Assembly (NCBI GenBank): GCA_964016885.1
Contig: OZ024760.1
Span: 18,104,001 to 18,168,000 of the forward strand
Source: Eledone cirrhosa
Lineage: Eukaryota
Length of the DNA stretch: 64,000 nucleotides
Reading direction: 5' to 3'
The number at the start of each line of letters is the position of its first letter. The first letter of the stretch is position 1. The notes under the pieces are model-generated. The model did not search any database and had not been told where the DNA came from. It worked only from the letters and a program-made list of their open reading frames with translations. The position numbers were made by a program, and so were the translations under genes. Shown here piece by piece: positions 56,538-64,000 of the stretch.

Positions 56538-58089
56538 ATATACATATATCATCATCATCATCTCTGTTTTCCATGCTACCTCTCCCCTCATATCCTGACC
56601 TAACCCATACAGAACAGTTCCTCAGTTTCTTGGGCCAGTAATATCTTTACTGTATTAACCTGGTGATAATAATAATATTGATAATATTACTAATAATAAT
56701 TGTTTCATTTATTGGCCACAAGAGCCGACATATAGGGGACAATACAAAGACTGGGACTGTGGCGGGGTTTCAAATAGTAATAATGATAATAACTAACATA
56801 AGTACTTGGTTGCAGTAATAATAATGATTTCAAATTTAGCCACAAAACCACATAATAATAATAATAATAATAACGTTGACAGTTTTGTTTGTTTTTCTTC
56901 TTCCAACATCGACGCCTATTTTTGGCTTTTTATTTCTTTATTATTTCACACACACACATACACATACACACTTATGTGTATAGATATATATACATACTAC
57001 ATGTTTATGTGTAAAAATATATAGATATATGCTCACATTGATGTGTATAAATATATACATATCCACATACCACACACATGTGTATATATAGATATACACA
57101 TATCTATGTGTATAGATATATACATATATTTCTATGGACATTTCCACTGCTAATACAACCACTTTGAAAACATTTGCTGAAGGGGGCAATCTCCAAATAT
57201 ACCCCCTTTTCCTTTCCCTACCAAATAACAAGACAAAACAAAACAGTCATCTATTTAATTAATTTAGCTCTGCTTTTAATCAAATCTAAAAATTCTCTGA
57301 AAGGCGCTGCTTCAGCATGGCCTTTGACTAATGACTAAAATGACTAAGAGTAACGAAAAAACATTCTAAAAATAAAAAGCTACCACAAAAATAAAATTTC
57401 TGAAGGATAATTTTTTTTTTTTTAAAGCCAAATATTAATTAATACTTGACCTTCAAAATGTCTTTCTTGCTCAAAATGTTGCCCCTTGGCCCTTAATCCA
57501 TGCCATAAAGTATCTCTTGTGGCTCTTGTTTACCCAACAATTTACCCACCCTGACCACTATATTACTCTCTCTCTCTCTTGGTATCCCTGTTTGTTGTTT
57601 GGGGGAAATATTAACTAAAAATTTCATATCCTTTTCAATACACCACACCCCTTCTTGCTTTACTGCCCCAAACCTCACATTTATCAAGGTCTAAACTATA
57701 ACCAGAATGTGTGTTGTGTATACACTTAAATAGTTATGTGCGCACACACACACACACGCTCTCTCCCCCCACCACAACCAGGTGGACTTGATATATATAT
57801 ATATATGATATATATGCCCTGGGCAAGCATATATATATATATATATTCGTTCAAGTCAGTCCTCTCTAATGATCCTGTAAATACTCGGGAAATTCCGGAC
57901 TCTGTCTTGGTCTTATAGAATATATTAATCTCTACTCTGGTATTGAGTTCTCATTCTCGTGGTGGCCCAGTACTAATTGGATGATGACATATATATATAT
58001 AAATAAAAACCCTGAAAATCCTGGTCTGGGGTTCAATCTCGGTCAGTATCTATACTAAAGGGGTTTTACTATATATATATTTATATATA

Positions 58090-58164
58090 CAGGGTGTCAC
58101 CAAAAATGTATACACACTTATTAGAATCCTGTTGAAGTGTGTATACATTTTTTGGGACACCCTG
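58090..58164. mobile_element. Tc1/mariner-like MITE (second copy 58706..58778)
   Basis: TA-CAGGGTGTC.CAAAAATGTATACACACTT...AAGTGTGTATACATTTTTTGGGACACCCTG, in TA context. Confidence 0.65.
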
Positions 58165-58555
58165 TCTATATATTCAATATATATATATATATATATATAT
58201 TTCATGTGTATATGGAGGCCTTTATTTCCTCTGTCCCACTCCAACACCACCACCAAATGGAGAAAGAAAAATGAAAGCAGTTTTAAATATTTTCCTATGT
58301 TTCTCTTTGACATCAAATATAATAATTTCATTTTTCTCTTCCTTAACCTCCTCCCTGTCCCCCCCTCTCCATCCTATCATTTTAATGTGGACAATGAGAA
58401 AGCCATTTTTTTTCTCTCTTAAATATACATATATATGTATGTATATATATATATATATATATTCAGACACACACACACATAAATATCTACATATGTAGAT
58501 ATATATATATATGCATGCATACATACATACATATATATGTATATATATACATATG

Positions 58556-58594
<39 letters not shown>

Positions 58595-58637
58595 ATATCT
58601 ACATATGTATATGTATATATTTATGTGTGTGTGTGTC

Positions 58638-58675
<38 letters not shown>

Positions 58676-59136
58676 CAGTACGACAAATATGAACATGTAT
58701 ATATACAGGGTGCCCCCAAAATGTGTACTCATTTATCAGAATGCTGTTGAAGTGTGTATACATTTTGGGGGCACTCTATATATATGTATACACACACATA
58801 TATATATGCATCGAGTACTCTGGTACGTTATGGTCCACCTGGTATCTTACCACATTTTCCTTGTCATATATATATATATACACAGGGTGTTGTGTATACA
58901 CACCACACATGCATACACATACATAAATACAAATATACACAGATATATCCCTTCTGCTTTGTTGATTATGATGATCATGATATTAACTTTTGACTTTCCT
59001 CTTCTGTACATAGCAATGTTTTCAATACCTGATATTATGTACAACCCCCTCCTCACCCTATTGTTTTTTTTGTTATTTTGTTATTTTTTTACAAAAGTGG
59101 AAATATGTATGTAAATATATTATATATATAAATATT

Positions 59137-59201
59137 CAGTCATCCAGTATGAAATTTGTAGAAAAATAAAGAAATTTCTACAAATTTCATACGGGACGAC
59201 C
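59137..59201. mobile_element. Tiny mariner-like MITE (related copy 48018..48082)
   Basis: GTCRTCMAGTATGAAATTTGT...ACAAATTTCAT...GACGAC inverted arms. Confidence 0.5.
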
Positions 59202-59301
59202 ATATACATATATATATATATGTACACACAAATATATATATATATATGGATATATATGTGTGTATGTATACATATATTTATATCATAGATATATATACAT
59301 G

Positions 59302-59338
<37 letters not shown>

Positions 59339-59534
59339 ATATATATGCTTATATATATGTGTGTGTGTGTATGTATATAAATATACATATATATACACAG
59401 GCCCTTTTTCCGTTTCTTTCTTTTTATTATTATTTTTTTTAATGTGGACTCTATTTGCTTTTCATATCCAAGTAGTTTGACATTGTCTGTCTGTCTGTCT
59501 TGGAAAAATTTACAAAATATAAAAAATTCAAATA

Positions 59535-59581
<47 letters not shown>

Positions 59582-60264
59582 TTTTAAAGGAAAGGACAAA
59601 CATACCAACAAGAAACTTTAAAATAAGTTTTAAAAAATAAATATATATATATATATATATATACCATTTTTCAATCCCCCTAACTACATACATCTTTTGA
59701 CATTTGTAGACTGGTAAGTTTTAAAATGAATAAAAAAAAATATATATATACAACAAAACTTCCTTCCCCCCCAAAACCAAAACAAGCCCATGCCAGGTTC
59801 TTCTGCTGTTACTAACTATAAAGAATGATTAGCGGACATTTATTTTGATAAAATAAAGTCAGTTTTTAAATTAAAATTTTTAAAAATTTCCTCTTTGATA
59901 TTTATTTTATTTTTGATTTGTATTTTTCTTTTTTCTTCCACCTCCCCCAAAAAGCCCTTCTCCCCAAGTACTGAAATTTAAATTTTCTTCTTCTGTTTTT
60001 TTTTAAATTAATGCTTCTTGTTTGTTGTTGTTTTTTTTTTAACAAGTTTGTAATTAATTGGTGCTAGTCCCTTTCGAGACCGATTGGGTGAGAGGCTCCA
60101 CTTCTTGTTTACGTATTACTTATGTTCCTGTTTGACTCGGATGTCTGACCCTTCATACACTCTGTAAAATGGTTGAGGATAAGAAGGGTATCCAGCTATA
60201 GAAACCAAGCCAAAACAGAATGTATGTGACCCCCCCCCCCCTACCTACAGCATTCTTCACCCTA

Positions 60265-60650
60265 TCAGATGTCATCTGGTCTACCACAGGTATCTGTTCT
60301 TGGTCCCCTTTTGTTTGTTGCAGATATTAATGACATAGATGCCAACTTAAAGAATCCCACAGTGCTGAAATGAAATACGCAGATGAAATAAAGCTGTACC
60401 TTGAGATAACAGGGACAGCTCCAGTACACTATAAATCTTTCTTGCAATCAGACCTGGACACAATGCAGCAATGGATTACAGACTGGCAACTCAAGCTGGC
60501 TGTGGACAAGTGTACCACCACGCATTTAGGGGAGCGAAAACCCAGCATTCACATACTCCTTCCACAACACTAATCTCAAAAAATCTTGTGAATATGACCT
60601 GGGTATTATTGACAACTGATTTTCGTTGGACAAAGCACATCTCTAAAATT
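60265..60650 (+). mobile_element. CR1/L2-type reverse transcriptase fragment, decayed
   Basis: SGLPQVSVLGPLLFVADINDI / KYADEIKLY...LQSDLDTMQQWITDWQLKLAVDKC, matching GVPQGSVLGPLLF and YADD motifs, with a frameshift. Confidence 0.75.
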
Positions 60651-60957
60651 CTCCACAGGTGTTAAATATATAGAATTCAAAAAGGGGCTCAGGGTTGTCT
60701 CTCGGTGAAAGGAAGAGAGAGAGGTTATCTTGGGTACCAGTAGAGTTAATGTTTCTCTGGATCTGGGCGTTTTCCATCCGACCCTCTGACCTATTATATT
60801 TTTGGTACACCTGACTCCACTGCTAAATACTTCACCTAGGTAACAGAAGCTATCAAAGTTCTAGAAAGCCCACCAACCATTTCAAGGAATATATTTTACC
60901 TGTAGCCTTACTGTTAACTACACTTGCACCTCTGCCACATATGAAGTCTTATTAGTA

Positions 60958-61560
60958 ACTAGCAGTGGTACCTGGCGTTGCACGGGATAAGATATTTTGG
61001 AATGTGGACTGCCAACAGACCTAATCGTGGAAAAACTGCATGCCTGGACGATATGTAAAGAAAATAAACCGAATACTCTGATGGCTGGATAATCTTTAAG
61101 ATTTTCCTCTATGAAGCAGGAAAAATACAGGTTTTCACCTAATGAGGGCCCTAGGGGATCAACAAAATGAATTTTTTTAATGTGCATAATATGCCTTGAA
61201 ATTTCGGGAAAATCGGATAGACGTAACGCCTCAAAAAAGACCTATAAAGCTTAACAAATGAAGTTTTTCACCTAATGCGGGCCCTAGACCATAAAAAAAG
61301 TTGGATTTTCTTTGCTCACGGTATGAAGAAGAGACTGACTAATACATAGTTACAATTTCAAGGAAATCGGTCTGACGTGACGTAACGCCTCAAAAACCTC
61401 CCAAAAAGCTGAAAAAACGCAGTTGAATTTTTTTGTGAATAACACTCCCCGAAACATAAGTAATACATATGTAAAGTTTGAAAAAATCGGTTGGGTACTT
61501 CTCGAGTTTTAGGGATTCAAACTCACAGACAGACATCCTCAGTTTTATATAAATATAGAT
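60958..61560 (+). mobile_element. Non-autonomous Helentron/HINE-like element
   Basis: Starts ACTAGCAG..ACCTGGCGTTGCACGGG (subterminal hairpin), has an internal direct repeat, and ends ACAGACAGACA...TTTTATATAAATATAGAT. Confidence 0.5.
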
Positions 61561-63790
61561 AATAATGAAAATTGTGTGCAATGCTCAGGTGCACTACAAC
61601 TCATCAAAGGTATAGTACGTAGAATAATGTGCAAATGTATGAGTTATCATATACACACAGATACATGCGTGCGTGTGTAGTGTTGGCGAATTTCGGCAAG
61701 CATGGACATTTTGAAGGATCTGCATGTCAAGCTGTATTATAATAAAAATGGCTAAGTATTCCGAAACCATCTCTAGCCTTAGAATCTGTGACATGGCTAC
61801 ACTTTTGAAATCCGAGTACAGTCCATCTAACGGGCATCCAAACAGTCACCGTCTACAATATTTCACTAAAAAAATGAAAGGTTGGAGTCAATAAAACAAT
61901 AAAAGGCTATGCGAAAAGGTACATGCTCAACATACTACTGGGATCGACCGCGTTACCTCATAATTGTCAAGAATTTGGCGATGATAATACAAAATCATTA
62001 GATAAAAAAGAAGGCGAAAGAAAAAAAAAAAAGATTTTCAAGGGAGGTAACTGCAAAGTAATGTAACCGAGGTTAGTGGCTTCCCATTTTATAATTTCTT
62101 TCGCTTATTTTTTCTCATTTTAAATTTTATTTACGTGTTTGTATTTTAAACTACGAAATACGGTAACTTATATGCAGTCGTTCAGCTTGCTAGAAATTGT
62201 AAAATTGTAGAAATAATAGTCAAATATCCTTCTTAAATCAGAGCCTCTCTGTCTCGTCGTAAACAAAAAAGTAATGTTTACATTCAAAACTTCTGAATTA
62301 TAATTCACAAATTCTCTCACTAATAAACATGAACCTAACCAGCCTACAACCTCCCTTATATACACATGCATAAATATCAGTTAATTATTTAGCCCCTTTT
62401 CTCTTTACTAATAAGAAAATAATTTATGTATTAGTATATCATAATTGTTTCTATATTTGGCACAAGGCCAGCAATTAACTCAGTACATTACTGGTACTTT
62501 ATTTTATCGACCCCGTAAGGATGAAAGGCAAAGTCAACCTCGGCGGGATTTGTCATAATAAACTTACGACAGGTTTAATTTATTAACGAGAAGATAAAAT
62601 AGATTTATATAACAATTACTTTTTCTTCACTCTATTCCTGAGAGGGTTATAGGGGTAGATTCGTCAGCATCAGACAGATATTTTTAGGGTCTTATCAGAA
62701 AAGAACCCTCACTAAATAAATCAGTTGAATTCCCAAGCGTGACCAACCAAGCTTATAGCTGTGATTATGTCTTGTAAAAGATATCATGATGAAATTATGG
62801 CTTATAAATTTTAATTTTATCAAACATGGCAATTTGTCCACAACCCTTTTAAATCTTCAAGTCCCCTCTCACCCTCAGGCTTTCTACTCTCGGGTCACAA
62901 ATAATGATTTTTAGTAGAGGCACAAGGCCAGTAATTTTTTTGGGGGGGCAGGGGAAAGTCGATTAAATCGACCCCAGAACACTTCTGGTACCTTATTTTA
63001 TCGACCCCGTAAGGATGAAAGGCAAAGTTAACCTCGGCGCGATTTGAACTCAGACCGTAAAGGACCGCATCTCTATGCTGCAAAGCACGGTGTCCGACTC
63101 TACCGATATTGCCAATCCACCGTCCTTAGGGTCACAAATAATAGGTGGTGGAAAATCGGTAATATTTCAAGGTTGTCTTCGTTGATTTTTTTAAAAACCA
63201 GAATTAGTCGTTTAGTTTACATATTGAGACCCCCCCCCCCCCATACACACACACACACAACCCATCCCGTTTATTTTATAACATATGGTATTTCTAGTAA
63301 TGTACTTTTTTTGTAATATATAATGTTTTTTTTATGTCTGAAGAAAATTAATTGTAGAGGAATGCTAATACTTAAAATAAAATTTCGCCCTGGGATAGAT
63401 TAGCAAAATGTAATAAGGTTGGGGTGGGAGAATAAGCGGGGAGGAGTGAATATTCTAGACCCGAGAGTAGTAATCAGTCCCCATAACAGCACTGGTATAA
63501 TCAATATGATCAATCACTTCTCGTTATCTTTCTTGAGGTGAAATATTGTTTTTTATCAAGGGAAGCAACTCTTGTATTGACTATCAATATTTTTTACCCA
63601 GCTTCTGGTAATGGCGACGTTTGGAGAAATTACACCGGTGGCTATAAAGTTATTGTCATCAGCTCCTTAATTTCGGCCATCACCTATATCAAAGCTGCCA
63701 GTATGTTGGATTGCCTTTAAAATTATTAAAGGAAAACTCCCAAAACACTTTCTCTTTTCGCTTTTTTTTCTCCCTCTAATTTTATATAAT

Positions 63791-63975
63791 TGTTTCTACT
63801 TTAGGCACAAGGCCAGCAATAACCCAGTGCATTACTGGTACTTTATTTTATCGACTCCATAAGGATGAAAGGCAAAGTCAACCTCGGCGGGATTTGAACT
63901 CAGATCGTAAAGGGACGTAACTATGCTGGAAAGCATGGCGTCCGACCCTCTACCGATACTGCCAATCCACCGCCC
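63791..63975 (-). mobile_element. Second SINE family, full-length copy with 8-bp TSD
   Basis: Near-identical to 12595..12779; TATATAAT on both sides. Confidence 0.8.
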
Positions 63976-64000
63976 TATATAATATAACCATTGTGGATTG

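Noticed and set aside
62612-62668. Additional hammerheads (CTGACGA on minus here; CTGAAGA at about 32930 and 49162)
   Set aside because: GAAA missing or mutated and stem I or III not formed; at best remnants.
63538-63760. Possible exon of a third gene
   Set aside because: Non-repetitive, but the frames I tried after candidate acceptors stop early or give no recognisable peptide.

Overview
Eukaryotic, very AT- and microsatellite-rich genomic DNA. The SINE families and repeat landscape suggest a cephalopod, probably an octopus; this is an inference. Two conserved genes sit head-to-head with 402 bp between their start codons. One is a complete 5-exon Rac1 small GTPase gene on + (18743..47170, 579 nt CDS, 192 aa, all GT-AG junctions in frame). 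The other is the first two coding exons of WDR13 on - (18262..18340 and 1322..1380), which continues off the left edge. The rest is intronic or intergenic repeat: two tRNA-derived SINE groups, RTE and CR1-like LINE fragments, TTAA (piggyBac-like) and TA (Tc1/mariner-like) MITEs, a Helentron/HINE-like element, several minisatellites and long (TA)n tracts. The most notable unannotated signal is a set of type I hammerhead ribozyme motifs with unrelated stem sequences, several with complete pairing. They often sit as fold-back inverted pairs beside (TA)n tracts, as expected for ends of Penelope-like elements, and most lie in introns of the two genes. Almost all long ORFs in the supplied track are repeat artefacts.
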